A DNA stretch of 63,581 nucleotides, the filler included, from Stramenopiles sp. TOSAG23-3 (lineage: Eukaryota): NCBI GenBank assembly GCA_900128585.1. It is 24 parts of 24 records of this genome, joined end to end, with 100 filler letters (N's around TTAATTAATTAA, not from the genome) between each part and the next. Parts side by side here need not be neighbours in the genome. Positions count along the whole stretch, not along the records: positions 21,320 to 23,879 come from LT644729.1; positions 23,980 to 26,535 come from LT644730.1; positions 26,636 to 29,190 come from LT644731.1; positions 29,291 to 31,844 come from LT644732.1; positions 31,945 to 34,495 come from LT644733.1; 19 more parts are not named here. One strand, written 5' to 3'. Position numbers and translations under genes: made by a program. The notes beneath the pieces were generated by a model. That model was not told the DNA's origin and made no database searches. It was given only the letters and a program-made list of their open reading frames with translations. Of the stretch, positions 21,767-33,474 are shown piece after piece. Position 1 is the stretch's first letter. Every line of letters starts with the position of its first letter.

Positions 21767-23626
21767 ATGTCGAAGCAACCGAAAGAAGAAAGTGGGGCGT
21801 CCGAAGCCCCAAGAAATACTGGGGAGCCGGCACCCCCTGGCTCTTTTAGACAACTGTGGTCCCTTGTATACTCGGAGGCCAACGTATCCGAAAAGAGCAC
21901 CCTTCTTGTGGCACTTGGGGCCCTCGTCGCATCCAGCGCAACAAATCTGACCGTTCCGTGGATCTTGCAGCAGGTAGTGGACCGCGCATCAGTGTTCCGT
22001 CCGTCCAACCTGGAGTCTCGCCACGTAGGTGCTGGGATGCTGGCCGGTGTGTCGTTCGAAAACTTTCTGATGGGCTGCACTGGCTTCTTTTTGTGCGGGG
22101 CAGCGGCATCCTTTCTCCGCGTTTACAGCCTGGCCATGGTCAAGATGAGCCTTGCCAGACGGCTGCGAACAAGGCTGGTCCACAACGTGCTGAAGCAGGA
22201 CATGGCGTTCTTCGACGAACGAAAGAACGTGGGGGCAGACACCCTCGTGCACCTGGCAAAAGACGTGGAGACTGTTGCGGACATCGTGACAGAAAAGACC
22301 GCACGGCTCCTTAGGGGCATGAACTCTACCATCGGAGGGGCATGCTCGCTGTTTTACATATCCCCAAAACTGACTTTGGCCACACTTGCTGTCATCCCGT
22401 TCGTTAGTGCGACTGCAATGCTGTTTTCCCGACGAGCCAAGCGGATGGCCAAGGCGTTAAAGGCTGAAATCGACGAAGCGAATTCGAAAGTGAACGAGCG
22501 CATTTCAAACATGAAAACTGTTCGCCTGGCTGGCAACGAAGACCAAGAAATCGAATCCTACAAGAATGCCATGGTTAACATCATGAAAAACTCCAGCCAG
22601 AACGCACGGGCCGACGGCACGTTTATGGGCGGGCTTGGCCTCGCCATCAACATGTCCTCCATGGCCGTTCTGTACATGGGCGGCAGCTTGGTGCAGACTG
22701 GGGACATGTCGGTGGGCAGCATGACGTCATTTGCCTTTTATAGCGCAATGGTCGGTGCCGGCAGCGCAAGCCTGGCCTCTGTGTACGCTTCTATGAAGCA
22801 GTCCATGGGTATGACCGGGAGCCTGTTCAATTTGCTGTACCTCCCAGTCCCAGCAAAGGAAGAGCGGGAGGGAGCGGTGCCGGAGAAGGCCGTCACCACG
22901 GGGCCGATCGTTTTCGATAATGTCTCCTTCTCGTACCCATCACGCCCGGACATTCTTGTTCTGGACAAAGTGTCGCTGACCATTGAACAGGGCAGCGCTG
23001 TGGCAGTCGTCGGCCCCAGCGGCAGCGGGAAAAGCACGCTTTCCATGATATTGTGTCGCATGTACGAGGTCAAATCTGGGAGCGTATACGTGGGCCTCAA
23101 CAACGACCAAAACAACGTTGACGGGAAGCAACAAAATAGCATTACCAACATCGATCCTGTTATGCTTCGCTCTTCCATCGGCGTGGTCGACCAGGAGCCC
23201 ACTCTGTTTGCCATGTCTATACGAGAGAACATCCGCTACGGGTACGAGAGCGCGACCGACGAAGAGGTAGAGAAGGCGGCAAGGGAAGCGAATGCTCACG
23301 AATTCATCAAATCCCTTCCGGACGGCTACGACACGCAAGTGGGCGACTCCGGCGACTTGCTCAGCGGTGGGCAAAAGCAGCGCGTAGCAATTGCGCGAGC
23401 TATTGTCAACAACCCGTCGATTCTAGTCCTAGATGAGGCCACTTCAGCCCTCGATCCCAAGAGCGAGAAGGCGGTGGTAGAAGCATTGGGAAGGGTTAGA
23501 AAGCACCGCACCGTACTAGTCATTGCCCATAGAAGCTCTTCCTACGAATGGACAGATCGGATTGTACACATGGTGCCAAGCAAGGGAGACAACGGTGGAT
23601 ACACTATCTCAGAAAACCCTTTGTAG
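21767..23626 (+). CDS. ABCB-type half transporter (ABCB10/MDL1-like)
   Basis: TMD with QDMAFFD and ERISNMKTVR; NBD with FSYPSRP, GPSGSGKST, LSGGQKQRVAIARA, LVLDEATSALD and IAHR. Confidence 0.92.
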   Translation: MSKQPKEESGASEAPRNTGEPAPPGSFRQLWSLVYSEANVSEKSTLLVALGALVASSATNLTVPWILQQVVDRASVFRPSNLESRHVGAGMLAGVSFENFLMGCTGFFLCGAAASFLRVYSLAMVKMSLARRLRTRLVHNVLKQDMAFFDERKNVGADTLVHLAKDVETVADIVTEKTARLLRGMNSTIGGACSLFYISPKLTLATLAVIPFVSATAMLFSRRAKRMAKALKAEIDEANSKVNERISNMKTVRLAGNEDQEIESYKNAMVNIMKNSSQNARADGTFMGGLGLAINMSSMAVLYMGGSLVQTGDMSVGSMTSFAFYSAMVGAGSASLASVYASMKQSMGMTGSLFNLLYLPVPAKEEREGAVPEKAVTTGPIVFDNVSFSYPSRPDILVLDKVSLTIEQGSAVAVVGPSGSGKSTLSMILCRMYEVKSGSVYVGLNNDQNNVDGKQQNSITNIDPVMLRSSIGVVDQEPTLFAMSIRENIRYGYESATDEEVEKAAREANAHEFIKSLPDGYDTQVGDSGDLLSGGQKQRVAIARAIVNNPSILVLDEATSALDPKSEKAVVEALGRVRKHRTVLVIAHRSSSYEWTDRIVHMVPSKGDNGGYTISENPL

Positions 23627-24709
23627 TAATCATGCGCTACCATGGCTTACGCTCAAAGGAAAAAAAGAGAATGTGGAAAGGAGGAGTTCTTAAGAATTTA
23701 AACTGAATCTCCGCACTGCACTGTGCAGAGATTTCGAATGTTAAATACGACTGGACTCCGTAAAATTAAGTACCCTAGTTACGACTTTATATCTCAGGAC
23801 CTCTTTTGTGTTTCTCTTTACAGGCGGCTGCTTGACCGCACCTGATACACTTCTTACACGAAGCGCTTTCTCGGCTTCGNNNNNNNNNNNNNNNNNNNNN
23901 NNNNNNNNNNNNNNNNNNNNNNNTTAATTAATTAANNNNNNNNNNNNNNNNNNNNNNNNNNNNNNNNNNNNNNNNNNNNGCCTATACTAAATGAAGAATT
24001 ATCTTTTTTATCATTCATTTTTTTGTTGCTTTCTTTCGTTTTACTATTCGCTCACTCATACTCACTCACTTACTCACATAATACTCCCCGTAGATAATAC
24101 CACCCGTACCGTAGTACCTATTGTTCGTACCGGTACCGGTACGTGTTACCGTACCCACTTTTATTTTTATTTATTATTATTTTAAAATATCTTTTTTTTA
24201 TTTCTATAAAAATTTATATATTTTATAATAAAATAATAATAATAATAATCGAATCTCCTCTATTATTACATATTATACTACTGTCTTCTTATTATTATTA
24301 TTTACTACGGCGGCGGTACGGCGGTGGAACCAGGTAAAGGAAAAGGTACCTGTACTAAATATTAATATTATCTGTACGTATTAATACTACCGCCGTGGAG
24401 GACATACACCTCCTTGGTAAATCCATTTTTTTTATTAATAATAATATAATAAATAACATCATCATAGAGGAGGAGACTAATAATAATAAATAAATAATAA
24501 TATAATTTTTTTAGTTAGAGGCACACTCCCGATAATCATAAAACCCCTACTTATTACTAAAATACGTTGGTACGATGTATTTAACAAGGAAGTTTGTTGT
24601 GTTTGTTAAGATATGCACAAGAATGATTCGGTAGAAAATAATTTTTAACATCGATCAGTGTGAATTCCAAGGGGTGGAAGAGTATTGTTGTGTTTGTTTT
24701 GTATCTACG

Positions 24710-26401
24710 ATGGAGCCGTTGAAATTTGCGTTAGGGGCAACCTGCACCACCGTGGGGATGATGGTAAGACGAAACCAGCGGATCATGGTGAACTCCGCGG
24801 GTGTGCATAGGCCTACACGGTCATCCCGTGCGTCGAGCGGTGTGGCCGCGCCGTTTCTTGCGGTATCGTACAACATGTTTGCAGAGTCGTTGGGGTCAAA
24901 CTCAATCCCGTGGGTGATTCGCATCTCCGAGGAGTGGAAGAAGCGCATTGTGGCGACGCCAGGAATCCAACACTCTTGGGACGGCATGAAGCAAATTTTG
25001 GGATCGGAGTACAAGACCCATTTTCACAAGAACACGATGAGCCAGTCTGACCCTTTGGCGTACAAACACATGCGAAAGCTGTGGTCGGTTAAGAAGCTAG
25101 AATCACCAGAGGACATACCACCAGAACTAGATTTGGTCCGTTTCGTCAAGCCCTGGACGGTTGAGTACACGGACAGGCGGACGGGAAAGACGCATACGGC
25201 CACGCCGCTCGGCGGGTTGCTTCAGAAAATTATTGACCCTCCAAACGTTGGGGACGGCCTGTTCCAGCATATCATGGACGAAGAGCAGAAAATTTACACG
25301 TGGGGCGTGCGCGGGCCGCGCATTTTTCGCCGGGTGACGTCCCCATGGGAAGATTCGTTCGTTTCGAGCGCTGGGAAAGTGATCTGGGGTGCGGACACCA
25401 GCCCTGCCTTAATTTGCCTGCAAGAGTACGACGTGCACAACGCCAAAGCGGTCTACAACCCAGCCGTCGGGGTGGAAACGTTTTACCAGGCCATGAGGAC
25501 GAGGGGGTACGATGGCATATTCTTTCAATCATCTAGCAAGACAAGCGGCGTGGCCATCTACTGGAAGGAGGGCGTGTTTAGCCTCGACACTGCATCGCCG
25601 TCGCACCCAATGCCCGACAGCGTTGCGTTAGAGGGGCACTATGGCAACATGGTATACAACTACGACATGAAGGAGCACTGGCATTGCTATTACGGGGGGT
25701 CAAACGGGTCGGAGGCAACCTCGACTTTGATGCCCACGCTGGATAGAAAGAACGTTGGAATGGTGCGACTGCGGCACGGGGCGACCAAAGGGCGCCTGTG
25801 GGTGGTAGGTACGCATTTAATGACAGAGAGCCGAGACAATAAAAAACTTACAAAGTACCCGGGGGAAGTCCGCGCGCAGGAAATAGAGACCCTGAAACAT
25901 TTTATCCAGCGCCATGCGCGCGGTGGTGGCAGCTCGTCCTCCGCCCAGGACGTCCTTCTCCTTGGAGACTTCAACACGGACGTCGGGATGAGCGATATCT
26001 TTCAAGGCCGAGTGAAGAATGCAGCAGATCCAAAAAAACCCCCACTCATGATTTCGACGGGGTACAAAATCATCGAAGAAGGGGAAAGCACGTATTCGGG
26101 CCCAGCCTCTCGTAGGGCCTGCTTGGCGTGGCTCGCTGGGGACAAGGGCGCAGACTTGTACGACGCATTCGAATCCGTGCACCGCCGCCGGCCTCACGAA
26201 ATTTCAAAATCGAGCGAGCACTGCACGAGCCAGAATGCAAAACGTCGGGAATGGATCGATTATATTTGGCACAGTTGCAACAGCCTGATCCCTGTCGGGG
26301 TATGCACCAACACCAAGAGGCCCAATGAGCCGCTACCCACGGTCACGGAACCCAGCGACCACGTACCCCTTGGATGCCTTTTCTCGTTTTCGAGATTGTA
26401 G
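24710..26401 (+). CDS. EEP-superfamily phosphoesterase, CCR4/nocturnin/Angel-like
   Basis: VSYNMFAESL, ICLQEYD, GVAIYWK, VGTHL, LLGDFN, IDYIW and PSDH.PL; start uncertain (24710 or 24758). Confidence 0.85.
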   Translation: MEPLKFALGATCTTVGMMVRRNQRIMVNSAGVHRPTRSSRASSGVAAPFLAVSYNMFAESLGSNSIPWVIRISEEWKKRIVATPGIQHSWDGMKQILGSEYKTHFHKNTMSQSDPLAYKHMRKLWSVKKLESPEDIPPELDLVRFVKPWTVEYTDRRTGKTHTATPLGGLLQKIIDPPNVGDGLFQHIMDEEQKIYTWGVRGPRIFRRVTSPWEDSFVSSAGKVIWGADTSPALICLQEYDVHNAKAVYNPAVGVETFYQAMRTRGYDGIFFQSSSKTSGVAIYWKEGVFSLDTASPSHPMPDSVALEGHYGNMVYNYDMKEHWHCYYGGSNGSEATSTLMPTLDRKNVGMVRLRHGATKGRLWVVGTHLMTESRDNKKLTKYPGEVRAQEIETLKHFIQRHARGGGSSSSAQDVLLLGDFNTDVGMSDIFQGRVKNAADPKKPPLMISTGYKIIEEGESTYSGPASRRACLAWLAGDKGADLYDAFESVHRRRPHEISKSSEHCTSQNAKRREWIDYIWHSCNSLIPVGVCTNTKRPNEPLPTVTEPSDHVPLGCLFSFSRL

Positions 26402-26635
26402 AGCATATCTTGTACGAATGTTTAAAATTCAGAAAAAAAAAAGCGTCGTTTACGTCTATTTTATTACGCAAGTTAATTCACGGTATGATACGATGTGAAG
26501 AGGGGTAGAGATTTTAAAAAACTTCGTGTGTTTTCNNNNNNNNNNNNNNNNNNNNNNNNNNNNNNNNNNNNNNNNNNNNTTAATTAATTAANNNNNNNNN
26601 NNNNNNNNNNNNNNNNNNNNNNNNNNNNNNNNNNN

Positions 26636-28233
26636 CCGACACAAGCGAACACGCGACGGCCCGACTCTGCCAGCTCCGCCGCGATCTGCGTGCCAGACTG
26701 CCCCATGCCCACCACCATCACAGCCCCCTTCGGCAGCTGCTCTGGGTTCTTGTACTGGCCGGAGTGCACCTGCTTGATTTGCGCCGGCAGGTCTCTGGAG
26801 AAAGGCGGAGAGCTTGGTAGGTGGAAGCCCGAGCACGCCATCACGACGCTCTGCGACCGAATCCAGTTGCCTTGTTCCGTGTACACCACCCAAGCGCCAT
26901 TCCAGCCTTTGGTGACCGCCTTGGCGCCCTCGCCGAGCCGAACCTGTAGATTCTTTCGCTTACAAAATGCCTGAAGGTACGCAGTAATTGTGTCGCGGGG
27001 CATGAAACCGCGCGGATCCTCGCCGATTTCCGTGCAGGGGAAGTCAGGCATCATGCACAACGAGTTCTCCGTGACGAGCCTGAACGAATCCCAACGCTGC
27101 CTGGTCCAGGTTGTCCCGACGGCCTCGGCCTTCTCCAGCATCACGTACCTCGACCCTGCCTGCTGCAAGTAGTGGGCGGCGCACAAACCGGCTTGGCCAG
27201 CGCCCACAATGACCGTGCCTGTGTCTTCAACCTGCATTGCATCGCGGGCCGCGGGCCACCGCCCTTCGTGGATCTCGAGCTTGCAAAACTGGTGCCCCGC
27301 GTCCTTACTGATGACCACGTCGGCGAAGCTTTTGACCGGCTCGATCCACTTATCGTACGTTCGAAGGTAGTGCTGCTTGAAAACGTACTCGTAGCCCCCG
27401 TGTTTCTCGTACATGTTCTTGCCGCTGTCATCAATGCCACGCTGCACGGCCTCCAATTTCATAGCCATGATGGCCTTGAAGTCGACATCGATAAACATGA
27501 GCGTGTCCACCACGCGGTTGAAGGGGTAGAAGTTGGGGTGCGCAACGCCGATGCGCCAGCCCTCGAAGAGCACGATGTCCACCGGGCCACGGACGGTGCG
27601 CACCGTGTCCAAGCGTTCATCGTCCGCTTTGCTGAAGCACGGGACGTCAACCGAACCTTCGGAACCAACCGTTTTCAGCTTTTCCAGCACGGACTCGGCG
27701 AAGTACTCGGCAGTAGAGTTGAGCTCCCAACGGTTGGCGATGCCTAGCTCCGCCCTTTCTTTTTGAGAAGTCAAGAAGTCGTCGATTGAGACCTCCTCGC
27801 AGCGGGGCGGGGCGGCGGCTTTCCCTGTGCAGCACTCGGAGCGGAGCAAAAGCTTGAGCACCTGCACGAGGGTGCTCTTGCCGGATCCGACGCTCCCCAC
27901 AATGCCGACCACGAGCGCCTCGTCCGACCCCGCCTCGCGGGCGGCGCGCAGCTGTTCCGTAATTCGGTCGGCGAGGCGAAGCATCACCCAGACCGTGGCA
28001 TCGTTGGGGTCGAGCTCGGCCAGCGACTTGACATTGTCACCCTGGCCCGTGGTCTCGCGCTTCATCAGCGCACGGGCCTCCTTGATCCCCCGAAGCCGCC
28101 GCATGATCGCGGCACTGGTCGCGGCTGGGGTTGCCGAGGCCCCGAGTTCTTCGGACATGGCGCGCTCCAGCACTCCCCGACCGCGGTCGTCTCCCGAGTG
28201 GGCAGAGCGCACGGCACCGTTCAGCTCGTCCAT
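26636..28233 (-). CDS. Fusion of a P-loop kinase (GLYK/PanK/uridine kinase-like) and a flavin-dependent monooxygenase; 3' truncated
   Basis: GSVGSGKST, SIDDF, VPCFSKADD and DIVLFEGW, then in the same frame IVGAGQAGL, WDSFRLVT, QVHSGQYKNP and VMVVGMGQSG.QIA.EL. Confidence 0.85.
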
Positions 28234-29290
28234 GGCCGGCTCCGCACGGTTTCAGAAAAATATTCTTTTTGCAAACTTTCAAAGCACACTGGTGTATTAA
28301 CTATAGACCTCTTTAACAAATTTGTTGTTGTTCTCTGTTTCTTATACATTTCTTCTTCTGGAATTCTGGAAGAAATACAATACTTCTAGAGTACGTACCG
28401 TAGAGGAAATTATTGTGCGATAATGATAATCACTGTAGTAGTAGTTAGTAGTCTATTCATTTTGTTTCTTCGTCTTCTTGGTCTTTCTTGGTATTGTATT
28501 ATTTTACGGTATTAATTTTTATTATTATATGACGAATATAGCCAGCAAACAGTACAGGATAAAAAGATTTATTTTACTACATGTTGTTGTCATTTAAATT
28601 AAACATTTCATGCTGATGCTGTGTAATGTTTTACCATATTGGAGACGAGTGTGGTTTAAATTAATGGCCACTAAGATAATCCATAATAATTAAGGTCTTT
28701 TTGAATTGAAGTTTAAAAGGATATGTGTTTGTATTTATTATATTATATAATATTAATAGGTTCAGGAATTGTAAATACTTTTTTCTTTTTTTTATTATAC
28801 GACTATATTCGTCCTCTATTATAAACTCTATATAAGACTAATATAAAAAAGTTATAAAATTATTTATTCCTACAAGAAGGCCACCTTAATCGTTTATTAT
28901 TTCGACTTATTCTTTCTACATTCTAGATTCCATTCTATTCTACCTCGTAGATTCCATTCTATCTTCTTATTGCTGATGAAATCAACTGGAATATAATACT
29001 ATAATAGTGCTAGTGGCCAGTCGTTCGTCGTTTTTTATTACATTGTACTTTGCACGATTAGCTGACAGGGGGTGGGGGTACCTCTCGGCGTGCACACACC
29101 TTTTTTTCACATTTTTTACCAACTTGTTTAATGCTGTGTTTATATTCCCTCATCCCTAACATTATATTGTATGCTCTGATTATACTGTAANNNNNNNNNN
29201 NNNNNNNNNNNNNNNNNNNNNNNNNNNNNNNNNNTTAATTAATTAANNNNNNNNNNNNNNNNNNNNNNNNNNNNNNNNNNNNNNNNNNNN

Positions 29291-30433
29291 CTGTACTCCA
29301 TATGCAGAGCTGCGGTCTTGTCCCACAACAGCATCGACGAGCTCTGCGATTTGGTCCATATCCTGCAGAGCGAAATCCTTCAAGGTCATTTTGAGGACGG
29401 AAAACGCGGTTTTCGGTCGATGGAGAAAATGATCCGAAGGTTGCTGGAGGATGTCCAAGAACGGCTGGTGTACAAAGTGCAAACGTACATGGTAGAAAAC
29501 ATCGAGCTGTTCGTCCCAGAAGAATCAGACTTGGATTATCCGAGCACTCTGCAGGCGGGTGGCGCGGGCAACCGCGGCGATGCGTCAGAAGGTTCTGCGC
29601 AGGACCCCGCTGCCCCCAAGTCCAGGGCTTTGTCCACCCGATGGTACCCAACATTGGACACGACGCTGGTGTGCTTGTCGAAGGTGTACCGGTGCGTTGA
29701 CAATCTTGTTTTTGAAAGTTTAGCCCAAGATGCCCTGTCCAAATGCACGGAGACGCTGATCGCAGCGTCTAACGAGATAGGAAAGAAGCAGTCCAAGGTC
29801 GACGCGTCCCTTTTCCTTATAAAGCACCTCCTGGTGCTAAGGGAACAGATAAACCCCTTCGACATTCACTTTAGCATTACTGCCAAGCAGCTCGATTTCA
29901 CAACAACCGCGAATGCCTTCGTGTTGTTTCTTCGGCGCATCAGCGCTTTGTTCAGCCTCAGCGGTGAAAACGCCATCATTCGGCTGCTGCACGATGGGAT
30001 ACCGAACATAGTAGACAGTCAAGTAAACATAAAGAAGGACTTGGAGTCACAGCTGAAGTTTGCGTGCGAGACCTTTATCCTGCAAGCAACAAATTTTGGG
30101 GCCCAGCCACTCTTGGACGTGTTGAGAAAGCATGGCTACAACAGGGACTTGGATTCCTCGACACTGCAAATGTCTTTCTCGGACGCATGCAGGGCGTGGG
30201 AGCAATGCGCCAGCAAGTGTTTGGAAGGGTTTTCAAAACTTTTAGAGAAATTGCATCTGTATTTGGACAACGATTCTACCGAAAACATTCTGATCAAACC
30301 AGCAATCGCCAACATTCAATCGATAATAAAGCGGGCTACAGAAGCCAAGGTCCAGGACGGAAAAGGCGAGGAGCAAACAGCCTTGAACGAAAACATGGAG
30401 AAAGTTACAAATTTCTTTCGTGAACTTGCCTAG
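29291..30433 (+). CDS. COG3: Conserved oligomeric Golgi complex subunit 3, C-terminal part
   Basis: LEDVQERLVY, DLDYP, WYPTLDTTLVCLSKVYRC and LFLIKHLLVLREQI.PF; frame open from the contig edge. Confidence 0.92.
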   Translation: MYSICRAAVLSHNSIDELCDLVHILQSEILQGHFEDGKRGFRSMEKMIRRLLEDVQERLVYKVQTYMVENIELFVPEESDLDYPSTLQAGGAGNRGDASEGSAQDPAAPKSRALSTRWYPTLDTTLVCLSKVYRCVDNLVFESLAQDALSKCTETLIAASNEIGKKQSKVDASLFLIKHLLVLREQINPFDIHFSITAKQLDFTTTANAFVLFLRRISALFSLSGENAIIRLLHDGIPNIVDSQVNIKKDLESQLKFACETFILQATNFGAQPLLDVLRKHGYNRDLDSSTLQMSFSDACRAWEQCASKCLEGFSKLLEKLHLYLDNDSTENILIKPAIANIQSIIKRATEAKVQDGKGEEQTALNENMEKVTNFFRELA

Positions 30434-31468
30434 CAGAGAGAGTTCCTTTCGCAGTAAGATAGTAAGAACGAAGTGTTTGTGTTGTGCTGTGATTTGATTG
30501 GTTGTTGACCCTCACTCTTTTTCTGTTTTTTATTTTAGATTAAAATGTACACAGTGTAAATAAATAACAGCAAAACTTTTATGTTCAACACAACAATTAT
30601 GAATATTTGTAAAAGAAGTACCATCATCGTCGTCGTTTATTACCGTATTCCATTCCTGCAGTGTGAAGTATCAATAAATATTTACACAGGTTAGTTAGGG
30701 TTAGCGGCAAAAGTCCTCGCAGATCTCTTCAAAATTATTACGTAGTAGTAGTACATATAAATAATAGGGAATACGGAGTTGAATTAATTTAATTAATAAA
30801 ACCCATAGTATTACAGTTTAAATTGTACCAAACAACCTTCTTCTGAAATATTTTTTTCATTTTTTTCATTTTTTTCATCTTTCAGCTCTACCGTTAAAGA
30901 TTAAAAAAAAAGAACACCCCCTATGATAATGTGTATACCTCGTAGGTATATAAGTATACAAGTGAATTAGTAATAAAATTACTGAATTCTTTTCCTCTTT
31001 CCTCAACTTCATCAATCAACGGTTTTTCAAGTATTAAGGACATTAATAGAATATGTATAAATAATAATGAATTCGAATTGATTATATTAAATATTAATAC
31101 AATCATAATGTAAAAATAATTTAAATAATTATATTTCATTACTTTAATACATATACCTTAAAATAAAATATTTCTTCTTCTTTTTTTCTATTATATTTTA
31201 TTATTATAATAATAAATTAAAAAAAGTCATCAGAAAAAGAAAGATAAATTAGAGAAAGGGATTTGATTGAGCTTGACAATATAAAAAAAACATGTAAAGA
31301 AAAGAAAGAAAATAGAGGATATGCACAAGAATAATATACATTTATCAATTGATTAAAAGGACAATTTAACCGTTACACCCTCATTAGGTAAGCGAATTTT
31401 GTCTGCCACGCCCCGCACACCGTTTCATTTTTTTGCAGGGCATTAAAAAGCAGGAGTTGGCGTAAGTT

Positions 31469-31844
31469 ATGGCAGGAGGCCCCAAAATGTCGTTCACAAA
31501 AAGTTCGCGCACGAACGGCACTTCGATTCCATCAACCCCTAGTAAGCGCGCTGCAATCGGCGACCTTCGACTCTTATGGGCAGAAGGAGTCCCTGCAAAG
31601 TGCGAGGCCAAAGTGCTCGATACTGTTCTGTTTAAAGATGCAAAACCATATCGGTGGTTGTTTACGAACAAAAACGTTCAGGTTTCGAAGAAGAAGGACT
31701 CCAACCTTATGCTGCGAAGCGTTCGCGACAGGTTTATTCGATTAGCGGATGTACTAGGAAAGGAGCGAACCTCAGACTCAAAAAATGGCGGAGAAAACAA
31801 GGTAGCAGTGGTGTATACGACGGATGGGTCCAGAATGGAGCTGG
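31469..31844 (+). CDS. Unknown protein, N-terminal fragment
   Basis: ATG-initiated frame open to the contig end, host-like GC; KPYRWLFTNKN..VSKK motif. Confidence 0.55.
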
Positions 31845-32567
31845 NNNNNNNNNNNNNNNNNNNNNNNNNNNNNNNNNNNNNNNNNNNNTTAATTAATTAA
31901 NNNNNNNNNNNNNNNNNNNNNNNNNNNNNNNNNNNNNNNNNNNNTCAAAATCATTTTATGATGTGTTTGGGGAAAAATTCAAATCAATTGTTATACTATA
32001 TATATTTATTATCACCACGCAATATATACCCAACATATTACTTGGATAATTATATGGGTTTTACTTGCTATGCAATGTAATTTTTTCCAATACTCCATTT
32101 TAAAATATTTTAAAAAATCCCGTTTAGGATTTTGGTAAAACCAAAACCAAAACCGATTCTCTCTATTAACCCTAATTCTAAATCTATAAAGAAAGAATTC
32201 ATTCGGATCGATCGATCGAAAGTTCTTTTTCTTGTTCTTTTTTTCTTCTTCTTCTTCTTCTTCTTCTTTTCTCATAATTTTTAATAATAAAATACAAAAG
32301 AAGGCGACGACACACTTCGTGTATTTTATTATGCAGCAGCGAGCAGGTCGCAGGTCACAGATCACAGAAAAAGGAAGGGCGTAGGTAGTCAGTCGACTTT
32401 AATTCAGTCGGATCATTTTATTTCTATTCGTAGGTAGTTTCGATACGAGACAGTAAGGCAAAGTATGATTTCTTTGGAGAAAACAGTGTGAGCTAATTTC
32501 CTTTCCTTTCGATATATATACAGAAAGTAAAAGCCAACGTTGCAGTTGTTTGTTACCACGGTGCACC

Positions 32568-32966
32568 ATGTCTTCCTCTATTTTCATGATAGTCGGCCCG
32601 AAAGGACCCATGTACGAGGCTGCGCCGGAAAACGTTGCCAACGTAGACGGCCCTAACTCTTACCAATTTGTAATGCATGCCTCTCTGGACCTTGTGAATG
32701 AAGTTGAATGGTCCACCCCTGCTCTCTTTTTAAAAACTGTCGACCGGTTCAACGATCGACCAATATCGGCGTACGTAACCCCGGGCCGTGCAATATTTTT
32801 ACTGCTCCACGACAATAAGAGTGATGACAACGTTTCGCACTTCTTCAAGGAAGTGCACCAATTGTACATAAAAGAAATTATGAATCCATTTCAGAAACGT
32901 GGAGACCCGATCGAAAGCCAGGAATTTGACGACCGAGTACGGAAAACTATGAAAAATTTCGTGTGA
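32568..32966 (+). CDS. TRAPPC2: TRAPP complex subunit 2 (sedlin/Trs20)
   Basis: FMIVG...P.YE, QFVMHASLDLV, FLKTVDRFN, ISAYVT.G, LLLHD, FF.EV..LYIK..MNPF and FDDRV. Confidence 0.93.
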   Translation: MSSSIFMIVGPKGPMYEAAPENVANVDGPNSYQFVMHASLDLVNEVEWSTPALFLKTVDRFNDRPISAYVTPGRAIFLLLHDNKSDDNVSHFFKEVHQLYIKEIMNPFQKRGDPIESQEFDDRVRKTMKNFV

Positions 32967-33474
32967 CCAGAGGCGAAGGCTGTATATTTACTTTTTTCAC
33001 TTGTAAGTATGATACGCTTTACGACCTGCGTTTGAGAAGATTTTGCAAGCTGGTGCGATGCGGTTTGTCTTTCTAGAAAGAGGCGCGGCGAATCTGTTGC
33101 GTTGTATTTAATAAATATAAGAATTAAATTCTACACAATACACACACTTTGTTTGATCGTGCGCTAAAACTGCGTACGAAACCTCTTTCAGGGGAGATTT
33201 TTAGAGAAAAGTCAATTCCTACTTCGTACGTACATACGTACGAATAAAATATGATACGAAGTATAATTCTTCCTCCAACATTTTACTTCATAAACTTTTA
33301 GAATTTAGGGTTTTAAAAAAAATTTCTATACTCTCTCTACATGTTCGTAATACTTTTCTATATAATTTAAATTAAAACGCGCTCTCGAGAGAACATTTTT
33401 CGATCACCACAGCAGTCTTCTCAAGCAAAGGACAAAATGCTCAAATCGCGTTTCTAAAAAAACCTTTCTGCCGT

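Noticed and set aside
30688-30704. GGTTAGTTAGGGTTAG telomere-like sequence
   Set aside because: Fewer than three units and internal to a contig.
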